A stretch of 64,000 nt of DNA, taken from the NCBI GenBank assembly GCA_009914755.4, contig CP086569.2, positions 19,360,001 through 19,424,000 of the forward strand, read 5' to 3'. Each line of letters opens with the position of its first letter. The first letter of the stretch is position 1. The stretch is from the human T2T-CHM13v2.0 reference genome, Homo sapiens. Position numbers and translations under genes: made by a program. Below are positions 13,613-25,540 of this stretch, one piece after another. The notes below the pieces were generated by a model that was not told where the DNA came from, searched no databases, and saw only the letters and a program-made list of their open reading frames with translations.

Positions 13613-13712
13613 TCCTTCCTTCCTTCCTTCCTTCCTTCCTTCCTTCCTTCCTTCCTTCCTTCCTTCCTTCCTTCCTTCCCTCCCTCCCTCCCTCTCTCTC
13701 TCTCTCTCTTTA
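13613..13712. repeat. (TTCC)n microsatellite (= (GGAA)n on minus), about 17 pure units, then (CCCT)n and (CT)n
   Basis: CCTTCCTTCC… read directly from the sequence. It is the degenerate tail of the adjacent antisense Alu. Confidence 0.95.
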
Positions 13713-13723
13713 TTTCCTTGGTG

Positions 13724-13992
13724 GGGAGTAAAATGGCACCTAGCTAGGTCACCCAGGCTGGAGTGCAGTCACATGATCTCAGCTCACTGCAAATATCCCC
13801 TCCCAGGTTCAAGTGATTATCTTGCCTCAGCCTCTAGCATAGCTGGGATAAAAGGCACTTGCCACCACACCTCGCAAATTTTTGAATTTGTAGTAGAGAT
13901 GGGGTTTCACTGTGTTGGCCATGCTGATTTCTAACTCCAGGCCTTCAGTGTTCCTCCTGCTTCAGCCTCCCAAAGTCCTGCATGAGGCACTT
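13724..13992 (-). mobile_element. Alu SINE (antisense)
   Basis: …GTCACCCAGGCTGGAGTGCAGTCACATGATCTCAGCTCACTGCAA…TTGTAGTAGAGATGGGGTTTCACTGTGTTGGCCATGCTGA…CCTCCCAAAGTCCTGCATGAGGCAC. Confidence 0.8.
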
Positions 13993-15552
13993 TTCCTGCC
14001 CCATAGATTGTTCTGTAATATCTCCTTTTCTTTTGAAGTAAAAATTAAGCAATAGCTACTAACTATATACCTTTGAATTATGCTGTTCATTGTGATAGTC
14101 AATAAGCACATGGAGCTAATTAAATATAAATTAAAAATTGAATTATTCAGTTACACTAGCTACTGTTCAATTGCTCAATAGTCGCATGAGACTAGCAGCT
14201 ACCACATTAAACAGTATAGATAAAGACATTTCCGCCATCACAAAGAGTTACAGTGGATGGTGCTTATATATAACAGAAGTTATATTACACATTACTGAAC
14301 ACATATTTTCTTCTTTAATGACATATTAATACAGTTAATACTCTATCAATTGTACTTGAGAGGCATACCTAGTATACAAAGACACTTGGCCTAAAAGTCA
14401 GATTTTTGAAGTTTTTTTTGGTTTGTTTTTTGTTTTTTTTTAAGAAGTGTTCCCAATAGTGGATATTTTTACAAACAGTATCTTTCAGTGTGTCTGTAGG
14501 GCCCTTGATACCGTCTGAAGTTTTCTTATTTGACTATCTGAAAGTTATTACAAAAATGAAAACATGGGAATAATGACCTGCAGAACAGGTGAACTATTGT
14601 TTAAAAAGTAAGATATGGTCAGCAAGGAAAAACATGTAATTTAAATCTAATTAAATTTCTTACTCTTCTCCCTCAAAATTAGCTTTATTACTTTATAAGG
14701 AAAAGTACATAGAAAAACCTTGCTATAGTTTACAAATATGTAGGCTCCTATATTTTTGGTTTTCTTTATCAGATCCTGAGACCTGTTAAAAGGAAATAGT
14801 TTACCTTTATAAAGCTATTCAGTTATAATTAACAAACCGAAGTAGATTATATAAACTAAGTAATCTTACCAGTGATTTCTAGAAACTGGGAGTAGGGTGA
14901 ATTTTATAGAGTGCAATCAATCCTGCATATTAAATACCTTAAGAAAATAAAATGTTACTAATTAGACACAGTTTTATAGCAATGTTTAAATGATACGTTA
15001 TAATATATTTATGAATAAGAGATTAAGAAAATTCCTTCAGAAAAGATAAGATTACAACTATGCTAACAAAGCAAAATACAAGCTCTTTCTTACACTATTA
15101 GATAAATTACAAAAAGTTTGAGTTAAAATAATAAAATTTCTTTCTTGATCATGTAATTAATCTCTAAGTGTTTTACATCAAATGTTATTCAATTACAACT
15201 TTTTAAAAGTAGTATTTAAAAATGTAAATAAACTAAATTTTCACTGTCCTTACAATCATGACTAAAGTGCACTTAAAATTCTGTTAAACAGATATTTTGG
15301 GCAAGCATTTATACATATTTCTGCTACAGTATATATCAATAATTATGTCTACTCTAAGAACATGAATATGTTTTCAACTGGATTTCCTTTAAAGAAAATA
15401 TTTTACATTGTTATTTTATGTTAGCAGAAACCATTTAGTTGTTTGAGTGGGATTAATTCCTGTTATAAGAATTTTACAATTGCTAAGTACACGATAAGTA
15501 GAAGTATATAATTATTAGAAAGTTAGAGAAAGATATATCAAAAAAGAATTCC

Positions 15553-15845
15553 AGACAAGGCACAGTGTCTCACAGTTGTAATTACAGCACTTGGGCAGCC
15601 TAAGAGGGGAGATGACATGAGCTCCGGATTGAAAACAACACTGCCCACCAAGAGTAACCCAGACTCTATCAAAAAAAAAAAAAATTAGCAGAATGTGGTG
15701 GTGTGTGCCAGTAATCCCAGCTGCTTGAAAGGTTGCAGTAGCATAATTGCTTGAACCCAGGAGGGGCAGATGTTTCAGTAAGCTGAGATTATGCCAATGC
15801 CCTCCAGACTTGGTGACAGAGAGAGACCCTACTTCTAAAAAATAA
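15553..15845 (+). mobile_element. Alu SINE (A-rich linker expanded)
   Basis: GGCACAGTGTCTCACAGTTGTAATTACAGCACTTGGGCAGCC…A13…GTGGTGTGTGCCAGTAATCCCAGCTGCTTGAAAGGTTGCAGTAGC…CAGAGAGAGACCCTACTTCTAAAAAATAA. Confidence 0.8.
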
Positions 15846-15943
15846 GTATGTAAATAAATACATTCATAAGGCTGATAAGTAAAATTTGGTTGTGTATGAA
15901 GAAACTCAGCACATTTAAAATTTGAATTCAAAAACTGTACTAA

Positions 15944-16231
15944 GGCTACGCATTGTGGCTCACATCTGTATTCCCAGCATTTTGGAGGCCAAGGCAAATG
16001 GATCACTTGAGATATGGAGTTGGAGACAAACCTGGCCAACACAGTGAAACCCCGCCTCTACTAGAAATACAAAAATTAGCCAGGTTCTTGGGCAAGCACC
16101 TGTCATGCCAGATACTTCGGAGGCTGAGGTGGGAGAATCGCTTGAACCCAGGAGGTGAAGTTGGCAGCCTTGGATCAGGCCACTGCACTCCAGCATGAGC
16201 AACAGGGTAATACTCCATGTCAAATAAAATA
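15944..16231 (+). mobile_element. Alu SINE
   Basis: GGCTACGCATTGTGGCTCACATCTGTATTCCCAGCATTTTGGAGGCCAAGGCAAATGGATCACTTGAG…CACTGCACTCCAGCATGAGCAACAGGG. Confidence 0.85.
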
Positions 16232-16534
16232 ATTATCATACTAAGCTTCTCGTGTCCTTAAAACTTTGGAATATGAAACTCTTAGATAACTATACACAAC
16301 CTAAAGAAAGTAAAAACATATACACACCACCAAGAGTGAAATTTAATGTAAACGATAGACTTTGGCAATAAAGACTTTTTGGGGAAGGTTTATCAATTGT
16401 AGCAAATGTACCACCTTGATGAAAGATGTTGACAGTGGGAAAGACTGTGCATGTGTAGGAGCAGTGGGTGTATAGGAATTCTTTGTACTTCTCCATCAAC
16501 CTAGCTGTGAACTAAAACCTGCTCTAAAAAACAG

Positions 16535-16537
<3 letters not shown>

Positions 16538-16581
<44 letters not shown>
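16538..16581. repeat. (CA)n microsatellite, about 21 units
   Basis: ACACACAC… read directly. Confidence 0.95.
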
Positions 16582-17363
16582 TCACAGGGAAAGTTTGCTG
16601 CATCTTCCTTTAAAATAATAAACTGGGACAAATGTTTAACCATAATGGTGAAGAAATATCGTTAAAATAATTAGAAATGTATTAAAAAATAAAATGACAG
16701 TCACTTTATTATTTGGAAAATTTACAGATTTTTAAGGATTACATCACTTAAGTTACTTGATTCAACTCTTCACAGTCTGGTTCCTCATCTGTAACACACG
16801 AAACATCTGTCGTGTGTCTATCACAGTGTCAAATTCAGAGCAGACATTCAACAGATGGGCAGAGTCTTATTAAAAAACATGGAAAATAAATAAATCAATT
16901 TGAGCTCTTAAACATTTAGAGATTGTAGATCATAATTTTACAAAAGACTAAATGTGATACCAATAAATTAATTTCAAATTTAGTAATCACTTGTTATATA
17001 ACAAATGCATTATGTGCAGGTACAATGGAAATTCAAAGAGGAATGAGAAGTGGACCTAGTTTAAAAGCAATTATCTATAATGCAGCATGTTACACTCAGC
17101 TGAAAAAAAAAAACTGTTAATAAAAAGTTCAAAAACAGAAAAGGAAATATGTTACCTTTTCTTTTGCTAAACCAATTTCTGGAAAGAAAACAGAAAGTGA
17201 AGACGCATAGCCATATCTTTGTTAGTGATCAGCCACTAAAGAGTTAGGGGTTCCTAGTAAGAGGGAGTTCCCTTGTAGTGAAATGGACAGAGGGTGCAAC
17301 TCTCCATTCAATACAGGGTGCATCGACTCATGAATTGGGTGGTTTTGAATTTGTGTCTTGCAA

Positions 17364-17498
17364 GGGAGGAAGGAAGAAAGAAAGGAAAACAATTAAGGAA
17401 GGAAGGAAGGAATAAAGGGAGGGAGGGAGAAGGGGAGGAAAGGAGAAAGCAAGAAAGAAAGGAAGGAAGAAAGGAAAGAAGGAAGGAAGGAAGGAAGT
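17364..17498. repeat. purine-rich (GGAA/GAAA)n-type simple repeat, about 135 bp, roughly 95% purine on the + strand
   Basis: GGAGGAAGGAAGAAAGAAAGGAAAAC…GGAAGGAAGGAAGGAAGTC. It accounts for the K/E/R/G-rich ORF 17294..17515. Confidence 0.9.
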
Positions 17499-18639
17499 CA
17501 AAAAAGGTAAAATAATTTCAGTAGGATTGTCTCAGTAGAGATACACAAAGATGTGTTACATTCATTGGAAAACTTCCTTTTCTTTCCATAATGTTTCTAG
17601 ATCCATGGCCAGAAATTAGGAATCTTCCCCTACGCAAGCCGTACCCCATGAGACAAGAAGGTCAGTGTGTTCTACAAAAATGTTTCTTTCCTCAGCTTCC
17701 AAGTGAAACGGGTGGTTAGCCAGACCCATTTGCAGACTCTTCCTTCACTTCCCTAGAAGTCCATTTCAGCAGCTTATGCTTGGGATATGAAGTATAGGAA
17801 AAAATTCTGCTAGTTCATCCCACCTCTATGGACTGTTGCAAAATATAACCAAAATATTTAACAACAAGGGACTGCTATGTGTGTTACAAAAATATCCAAA
17901 GATAAGACTGTTGCCACTAAAAATGAGGATTTCAAGAAACTTTTAAGGAAACAGAGAAATGCTCACACCATATAACTTATATTTAAAAAGGATATATGCA
18001 CAGTATATATCTACATATTTTAAATGTAAAATATGCTTATGGAATGCATATTGCAATGAAAACACGTTGAGCTAATCCTGTTCCTAGCTGTTAATCCAAA
18101 TATAAAGTATACTAACAAATATTTGCTGCCCAAATGAAATATTCAGGCATATCAATATAGTTTAAAGATGAAAGTGTTCATTCTCCAGTTGAACTATTAG
18201 AACACTAGTTTTATCTATATGTTGCCAATGTCCCACATCCAAACGCATTACAAACCCACTTGTTAGTTTAGGAACCTGTAAACCAGATTTATAAAAGAGG
18301 CCTATTCTTACTAAAATGTGTTCATTATATAAATGCTTTCTGCTCCTGTCTTACTGGCAGCTCAATTAATTATTCGAACATTCTCCTTTAAGTCGACTCA
18401 AATGTAACATTTTCTCAATGGTTTCAAAGAGACCGTAATGTTTCAGGGTAGAGTTTTGAAACCCAATCATTGGATGAATTTAAATGTGAACTACCTATTA
18501 CAGGTTAGACTTCTAAAAGTTATGGAACAGATAAATCTAAATCCGATACTTTGAGTGTGCCCAGTACACCCACATTCATCAACATTTCATCTAGCTTTTT
18601 GGGCAGCTCATCTTGACTCAACAGACATGGGGAGCTAGT

Positions 18640-19470
18640 TGGATTAGAAGACAAAATGGTTACAGGTTACTTGGGGGGTAGAGGGAAGGTGAACGACTGA
18701 AAAACAACGCGAGATTACAGCTGTCGCATTGCATCCTGCCCCTCTTGGGGACCTACTTAGTACAGTCTTCCTGGTCTGAAGATACATGGCACATGCATTT
18801 GGTGGCCTAGCACCGGCCAGAATCTCCACCCCTATCTCGAGGGAGCATATCCAGGGTATCCAAAAATCTGCCCCCGGGGCTCTCGGCTGAAGCAGCCGGG
18901 TGCCGGTCTTCACAGCGGGACTGAGATTGTCTTTCCCTCCTTGGCCTGTCGCTTCAGGTAGAGGATGGAGTGAGTCGAAACAGGCATTTTGAATCCCTGT
19001 GGGAGTTCACTGGCCCTGCCTGACGGTACAGGCTGGTGCTATATCTCCACCCCTCCCTCGGGTAGCCCTATCAGATCTGCCACGCCCTGGCCGGCTCATC
19101 CACTCACTGAGAACTTCCAGCTGCAAGTTTCTGCCCTCCTGGGGTCTTTGCTTTGGTGGTTAACAGCCAAATATTCAGCTGACCCAGGGTTTCTTAATGG
19201 AGCCACTGTTGCCTTTTGGAGCCGGCAGATTCTTTGTTTTGGGAGGCTGTCCTGTGCTTTGTAGATTCAGCTGTATCCTTGGTCTCTATTTTTTCAATAG
19301 TACCTTCTCTTCCAAGCGAGACAACCAAAAGTGTCCCCAGACATTGCCAGATGAACTCTTGGAAGCAAGATGGCTTAGGGTAGAGATCCACAAAGCTAAA
19401 TGTTTTTGAGTAGCCACCATTGTGTATTGTGAGGAAAGGCGAGCCTGACCTCATAATGTTTACATGTAAA
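18640..19470. mobile_element. GC-rich, CpG-retaining block. Probable retroviral LTR or other younger retroelement fragment, family unassigned. Alternatively an orphan CpG-island-like element.
   Basis: About 16 CpGs in about 400 bp (18700-19110), while the surrounding unique DNA has almost none. There is an internal imperfect tandem pair of roughly 120-bp units (…ATCTCCACCCCT(A/C)(T/C)CTCG(A)GG… at 18795-18915 and 19018-19125). I excluded matches to the L1 5' UTR, Alu, SVA, 7SK and U snRNAs from memory. Confidence 0.3.
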
Positions 19471-19546
19471 TAAAAAGAAAAGCAACCGAACCTCTCAGAA
19501 GCAATAATGAACACGTTACAGCCAGATAATTGAGCAAGAGCTAAGA

Positions 19547-19632
19547 AATATATATATATATATATGAATATATATCTTACGTAAGATATATATATATATG
19601 AATATATATCTTACGTAAGATATATATATATA
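19547..19632. repeat. TA-rich simple repeat containing two copies of the palindrome CTTACGTAAG (34-bp period)
   Basis: …ATATATGAATATATATCTTACGTAAGATATATATATATGAATATATATCTTACGTAAGATATATATATA… The palindromes lie at 19576-19585 and 19610-19619. Confidence 0.95.
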
Positions 19633-20442
19633 AATTGAGTAATGAGTTTAAAGGAGAGGTGGTTGAATATGGAAGGGATTCAGATCATCTCTTGGAAAAA
19701 GTGTAAACTCTTCAGGGTCTTGATGCGTAGGATTTGGGTGGTGGGTCAAAAGAATAGCATGGCAGGGATGGGGAAAAATGAATAAAGTAATAAAAACCAA
19801 CCAACCAAACAAACAAACAAAAATCTAGGCCCTTCTGGGGGCAGTGAGGAATCTACCCTGAGTCCAGAGTTGTATGCTGGGAATATAAGCCTGAAAAAGT
19901 ATCTAAGTCCTGTGAGGACCAAATTTGATCAGTTTCAGCTTTGTACACAGCATTGAAGAAGTGTACAGTGAATTTTGATCACTGGCTGTGAGAAACTTAA
20001 AGTCTTTGAGAGGCAGTATGAGTGACAGGACTTCTTAGGAAGTGGAGAACCTATAGGTTTTTGGTGGAAATAATTGAGGAGGAGAGACTTAGTTGGATTT
20101 TAAAAAATAGGTAGGAGTTGCAGGCAGAATCAGGGAGAACATTCCAGGCAGGACGAGAGAAATAATAGTAGCTCTGAAGTGGATACAGTCAAAGTGGATT
20201 TGGGGAAGAAGAAACAATAAACAACTAAACTCTAGTGGAGGTGGAACAATAGGGCTGAGAAAAGACATGACCAATGTGAGAGTCTGCTTTGAATACCAGT
20301 ACATGATCCTGTAGTTGAGATGCATCCAGGCTTTTGAATGGGATAATGAAATGATGAAAGCAGTGTTCTAAAAGTAGGTTGATAGCTTGTAAATGTTGTT
20401 AGGTAGTATCACCAGTCCACTGTAGAAAAAGTAATAATAATC

Positions 20443-20733
20443 GGCTGGGCATGGTGGCTCACACCTGTAATCCCAGCACTTTGGGAGGTGGAGGCTCAAG
20501 GATGACTTGAGGTCAGGAGTTCCAGGCAAGCCTAGCTAACATGGTGAAACCCGGTTTCCACTAAAAATACAAAAAAATTAGCGAGGTGTGGTGGCATAAC
20601 ATCTGTAATCCAAGCTCTCTGGGAGTCGGAAGCAGAAGAATCACTTGATCCGAGGAAGTGCAGGTTGCAGTTAGTTGAGATCACACCATTGCACTCTAGC
20701 TTGGGCAACAACAGCAAACAAGCAAATAAAAAG
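20443..20733 (+). mobile_element. Alu SINE
   Basis: GGCTGGGCATGGTGGCTCACACCTGTAATCCCAGCACTTTGGGAGGTGGAGGCTCAAGGATGACTTGAGGTCAGGAGTTCCAGG…GCACTCTAGCTTGGGCAACAACAGCAAACAAG. Confidence 0.9.
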
Positions 20734-22173
20734 ATTGTGTCTGAAGATCCCCTCACTCCCGACCGCACTCCCACTTTTGATCACACAGTTGAATATATGA
20801 ATACAATTAGATAAAATGCTCTTCAAAAACTAGCATAACTTCTCCCAAAGGTGGGATAATTGCTTATAATATTAACAGAAAATTGTCACATTAGACACCT
20901 ATCAACAGTGTTCAAACTGCCCCTCCTTATTGCAACAGACATGTACCATGCTAGATCAGGGACCCCAGGTCTATGGGATGACTGAAAACACTGCTGTTGG
21001 CAGGAAAGAACAGTTTTTCCAGAAGCTCTTCTGTAGAGTCTCTACAGAGGCCAGCTACAAAAAGGGATGTGTTTGGAACGACAGTCCATGAGTTTTGTCG
21101 TGCATTGTCCTGCAAATTAAACTAAGAGCAGGGACTTCCAAGTTCATTAAGCATGCTCTTACTCTGCCACTGGTGGTCTTCTAGCCACCCATTAGATTGT
21201 AGTTTTCAGTGACTTCAACTGAGCAACCCTGGGCTTGACCTATGTAACGGTTTGGAATAAGTCTGTCAAGTTCAGCCTCAGGTAGGTACTGTATTTCTTG
21301 AAATCCATATGAGACAAGGATAAATGATCACAGCATTCTTTCCTACATTCTTTTCTACACAGCATTCTTCCCCTTTTCTTTCCACACTTAGTCTCAGAAA
21401 ATTTCTCAACCCCAGTTCATGGCAGTCAATACCAGTTGATTAGATTTCACTCATGAGAAGAAACTCATTTGCCATTCCAAGCCAAATTCCTTTTCCATTA
21501 GGCAGCTTATTGTATTTAAAGATAGTACTATGCCATACCCCGCTCCCCTTCCACCCCAAAAAGGTCTTCTCAGCACCATTTAAACATCCTCAGTTCCTTC
21601 AATTGCTTTTGTCTTCTTTCCAGAGCTTTCCCCAGCATAAATCTTGCCCTCCCCTCACCTATAACACACACAGGTCAGAGTTATGGATTAATTTACGATA
21701 GATTTCCAGAAATGAGTTTCTTCCACAAAGATGATATGATTCCCAGAACTCACTTTCTTCCCCTAAGAGAGCATGAACATTCTCCCCGATCTTGCTCTTA
21801 ATACCACCTAGAATTGCCTTAGCTTTTTGACCAAACTCTCAGACTTTTATATCTTATAGAGCTTGCAGTAAGTTAACACTTTTCTTGATGTAGGTGAACT
21901 GTTCTTAATCTAGGTTTCCCTTGTCCTATTGTTGTACAGTTGATTTCTAATCCAAAGCACAGGGCTTTCTTTACTATTTGCTTAACTTCTATCTTGTTAA
22001 TTGCATTCCACTCTCTTAGCCACAGAGATCATTTTGAATCCTAATTTCTGCCTTCTAGTGAATTCTAATAAATAAACCCTTGGTGTTATTTTTAAATGTG
22101 ATAAATTGTCTTCATTCAAGTTATTGATTTAAATGCTTAGCTAGACTAAGTTACGGTCAACCCCAAAGCCTGA

Positions 22174-22176
22174 GAT

Positions 22177-22261
<85 letters not shown>
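22174..22261. repeat. (AT)n(GT)n compound microsatellite
   Basis: (AT)~27 is directly followed by (GT)~16. Confidence 0.95.
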
Positions 22262-22262
<1 letters not shown>

Positions 22263-23778
22263 ATACTTCCACTCACTGGAGGCCTTTTAGCCTTTTGATT
22301 CTATACTCACTGATGTCTGGTCCCATGCGTATGTTGATTACTAGTTAGTGTATGTAGACTCCTTAAAGTTAAGGTATTGGGAGATCTCCTCATATCACCA
22401 AGTTGATTTCTTTAGACTTCTCCCTGTCAAAGACCAGGTTGCCCACCTATCAGAGACAGCTGCTGTTTCCGTCGCAAATAAGGGTCCTGGCTCCCTCTCA
22501 TCAGCCAGCAAGCCCAGTTTCTTGTTATGCAGGATTTCTTCATAGGTAACTTAAAAAACTTCAGTAACTTCTCACAAAGTTGCTGTCGACCACCTGAACA
22601 TAAACTTCATCATGGAGCCTCTGAAACCCCTGAGACATCAGCATGAGAAGTTTCAGAAGGCTCTTTGCTCTGTTGAGTCTACTTAACACTGAAATCTTGC
22701 CATGTCTGTCATTCTTGCATTTCAGCACTGTCTATGCTGCAGGCTATGCCACTACCCTCCAGTACCATTCAGCCAGCATTGAACACTTGCTGTGTACCAA
22801 TTTCTGTATTAGTGGTGGGGATACACAGTGGAGAGGAACCACCCCTTTCTCACACTCTCATTTCCATATTGCTGCAGATATCTTCACCTTGATGCCTCAT
22901 TGCCTCTGTGCAACAACTTATCTACAGTGCTTTGAAACGCATTCCCCCGGCAGATGAACTCCCTTTGTCCCCAGTCTCTTAAGATAATGTGCCTTCTACT
23001 CATTTGCTGACACTTCCTTGAGTTTCCTTCCTTTTCTCTCATATCTACAGGTTTTTCTGGCTTTGGCCTATTTTAGTTTCCTACTGCCACTGTAACAAAT
23101 TATTACAAATTTAGTGGCTTAGACAAGTGTATCATCTTACACTTCTGTGGCACAGGAGTGCAACACAGGTACTTGTTGGGCTACAATCTAAGTGTGCTCA
23201 GGACTGTGTCCCTCTTGGATGCTCTAGAGGAGAATTTGTTTCCTTGTACTTTCTAGCTTCTAGGGGCCTCCTGCATTCCTTAGCTATAGCCCCATCCTCT
23301 GTTTTCAAAGCCATCAATATCACATTGCTTTTCCATTCTTCTGTGACTTCCTCCTGACTTTCCTCTTTTGCTTCCATCTTCTACCTTTAAGGCCATTTTA
23401 ATGGCATTGATCAAGGTGGATCATCCTGGGCAATCTTCCTATCTTAAGGTCAACTGATGAGCAACCGTAATTTGTCTTTGTCATGAGCCCTAACATACTC
23501 ACAAGTTTTACAGATTGGGATCAGGGCATCTTAGAAGAGAGGCCACATTCTGTTTGTTCCCCTCAGCTAGACATTTGGAAACTATCCTAGGTTCTCTTCT
23601 TGTCCTCAATTTCCCAGTGTAATCTGTCATCTAATTCTGAGTAGCTACCTCCTCAGGGTCCCTGGGACAAGTGTTCCTTGGAGATTCTTCAAAGGCCCCT
23701 ATTTTGGAATTCTAACATTTTGTGGGTGAAGGGAAGGTGGAGGATGTCACAGAAATTTTATAAAACAAGTTGAAATTG

Positions 23779-24079
23779 GGCTGGGCATGGTAGCTCATGA
23801 CTCTAATCTCAGCACTTTGAGAGTCTGAGGTCTGCAGATCACTTGAGGCCAGGAGTCAAAGACCAGCTTTGGCAATATGGCGAAACTCTGTCTCTCCTAA
23901 TATTACAAAACTTACCCCGGCATGATGGTACATGCCTTTAATGCCAGCTACTCAGGAGGCTGAAGCAGGAGAATCCCTTGAACCTGGGAGGAGGAGGTTG
24001 CAGTGAGCCGAGATCGCTCCCCTGCACTCCAGCTTGGGCGATAGAGCAAGACTCCATCTCAAACAAACTAACAAACAAA
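23779..24079 (+). mobile_element. Alu SINE
   Basis: GGCTGGGCATGGTAGCTCATGACTCTAATCTCAGCACTTTGAGAGTCTGAGG…GCAGTGAGCCGAGATCGCTCCCCTGCACTCCAGCTTGGGCGATAGAGCAAGACTCCATCTCAAACAAAC. Confidence 0.9.
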
Positions 24080-25540
24080 GTAGGTTTAGTCTTTTCAAAT
24101 AGTCCCATATTTCTTGGAGACATTGTTTGTTCCTTTTTATTCCTTTTTCTCTATCCTTTTCTTCATGCTTCGTTGCATTAAATTGATCTTCAGTCTTTGA
24201 TATCCTTTCTTCCACTTCATCGATTTGGCTATTGATACTTGTGTATGCTTCATGCAGTCTTTGTGCTGTGTTTTTCATCTCCATCATGTTATTTATGTTT
24301 TTCCTTTAACTCTTTATTCCAGTTAGCAATTCCCCTGACCTTTTTTTGAGGTTTTTAGCTTCCTGGCATTGGGTTAGAACTTTCTTTCTTGCTCGGAAGA
24401 GTTTGTTATTACCCACTTTCTGAAACCTACTTCCATCAATTCCTCAAACTCATTCTCTATTCAGTTCTGTTTTCTTGCTGGCGAGGAGTTGTGATCCTTT
24501 GGAAGAGAAGAGGTGTTCTCGTTTTTGGAATTTTCAGCCTTTTTGCGATTTCTTTTTTCATCTTTGTTCATTTATGTGCCTTCATTCTTTGATGTTGGTG
24601 ACCTTTGAATATATATATATTCAATATATATATATAACATTATATATATATAAATTTATATATATAAAATAAAACTTGAATATGTAGTATATATGTGTAT
24701 TCCTATATAGAGAGGAAATCCTTTTAGTAGATGTTGATACTATGCCTTTCTGTTGTTAGTTTTCCTTCTAACAATCAGGCCCTTCTGCTGCAGGTGTGCT
24801 GGACTTTGCTGGCAGTCCACTTCTGACCATTTTTGCCTGTGTATCACTATCAGAGGATGCAGAAAAGCAAAGATTGCTGCCTGTTCCTTCCTCTGAAAGC
24901 TTCATCCCAGAGGGGCACCTGCCAGGTGCCAGCCAGAGCACTCCTCTATGATGTGCTTGTCAATCCCTGCTGGGAGGTGTCTCCTCATCAAGAGTCATGA
25001 GCTTCATGGACCCACTTGAGGAGGCAGTCTTTTGGAGATCTGCAGCTCTCTTCAGAGCCAGCAGGAAGGAAGGTTTAAGTCTGCTGAAGCTGTACCTACA
25101 GCCACCCTTTCCCCCAGGGGCTCTGTTTCAGGGAGTTGGAAATTTTGTCTATAAGCCCCTAACTGGGGCTGCTGCCATTCTTTCAGAGATGCTCTGACCA
25201 AAGAGGAGGAATCTAGGTAGGCAGTCTGGCTACAGCAGCTTTGCTGAGCTGCGGTGACTTCCCAGTGGCTTTGTTTATACTGTAAAGGGAAAAACCACCT
25301 ACTCAAGCCTCAGTAATGGTGGACATCCCTGTCCCCACCAATCTCAAGCATTCCAGGTTGGCTTCAGACTACTGTGCTGGCAGCAAGAATTTCGAGGCAG
25401 TGGATTTTAGCTTGCTAGACTCCATAGGGGTGACATCCACTGAGCTAGACCACTTGGCTCCATGGCTTCACCCAATTCAAGGGAGTGAATGGTTCTTTCT
25501 TTCTGACATTTCAGGTGCCACTGGGGTATGAAAAAAAAAA
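24080..25540 (-). mobile_element. LINE-1 5' fragment (5' UTR plus N-terminal half of ORF1), old primate subfamily. It ends abruptly at the adjacent Alu.
   Basis: The minus-strand ORF 23952..24287 translates to …[50 protein letters not shown]…, which aligns to L1 ORF1p …CDQLEERVSAMEDEMNEMKREGKFREKRIKRNEQSLQEIWDYVKRPNL…. The + strand at 24400-24560 matches the reverse complement of the ORF1 N-terminus (…GTTCTGTTGCTGGTGAGGAACTGCGTTCCTTTGGAGGAGGAGAGG… in L1 versus …GTTTTCTTGCTGGCGAGGAGTTGTGATCCTTTGGAAGAGAAGAGG… here). The 5' UTR-like sequence lies upstream at higher + coordinates. Confidence 0.8.
24600..24680. repeat. AT-rich (TATATA)n-like simple repeat
   Basis: ATATATATATTCAATATATATATATAACATTATATATATATAAATTTATATATATAAAAT. 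Confidence 0.8.

Noticed and set aside
13401-13934. 177-aa ORF, the longest in the supplied track.
   Set aside because: It consists of the (TTCC)n/(CT)n microsatellite, giving an LPSF repeat peptide, fused to antisense Alu. It is not a gene.
15515-16042. 175-aa minus-strand ORF.
   Set aside because: It is a translation of two adjacent Alu elements.
17294-17515. Lys/Glu/Arg/Gly-rich 73-aa ORF that could look like a low-complexity nuclear protein.
   Set aside because: It is a translation of the purine-rich GGAA/GAAA simple repeat.
18640-19470. The GC-rich block as a 7SK, U snRNA, rRNA or SVA fragment, or as an L1 5' UTR.
   Set aside because: Compared from memory with 7SK, U1, U2, U6, the 18S 5' end, the SVA VNTR/SINE-R and the L1HS 5' UTR, and found no collinear match.
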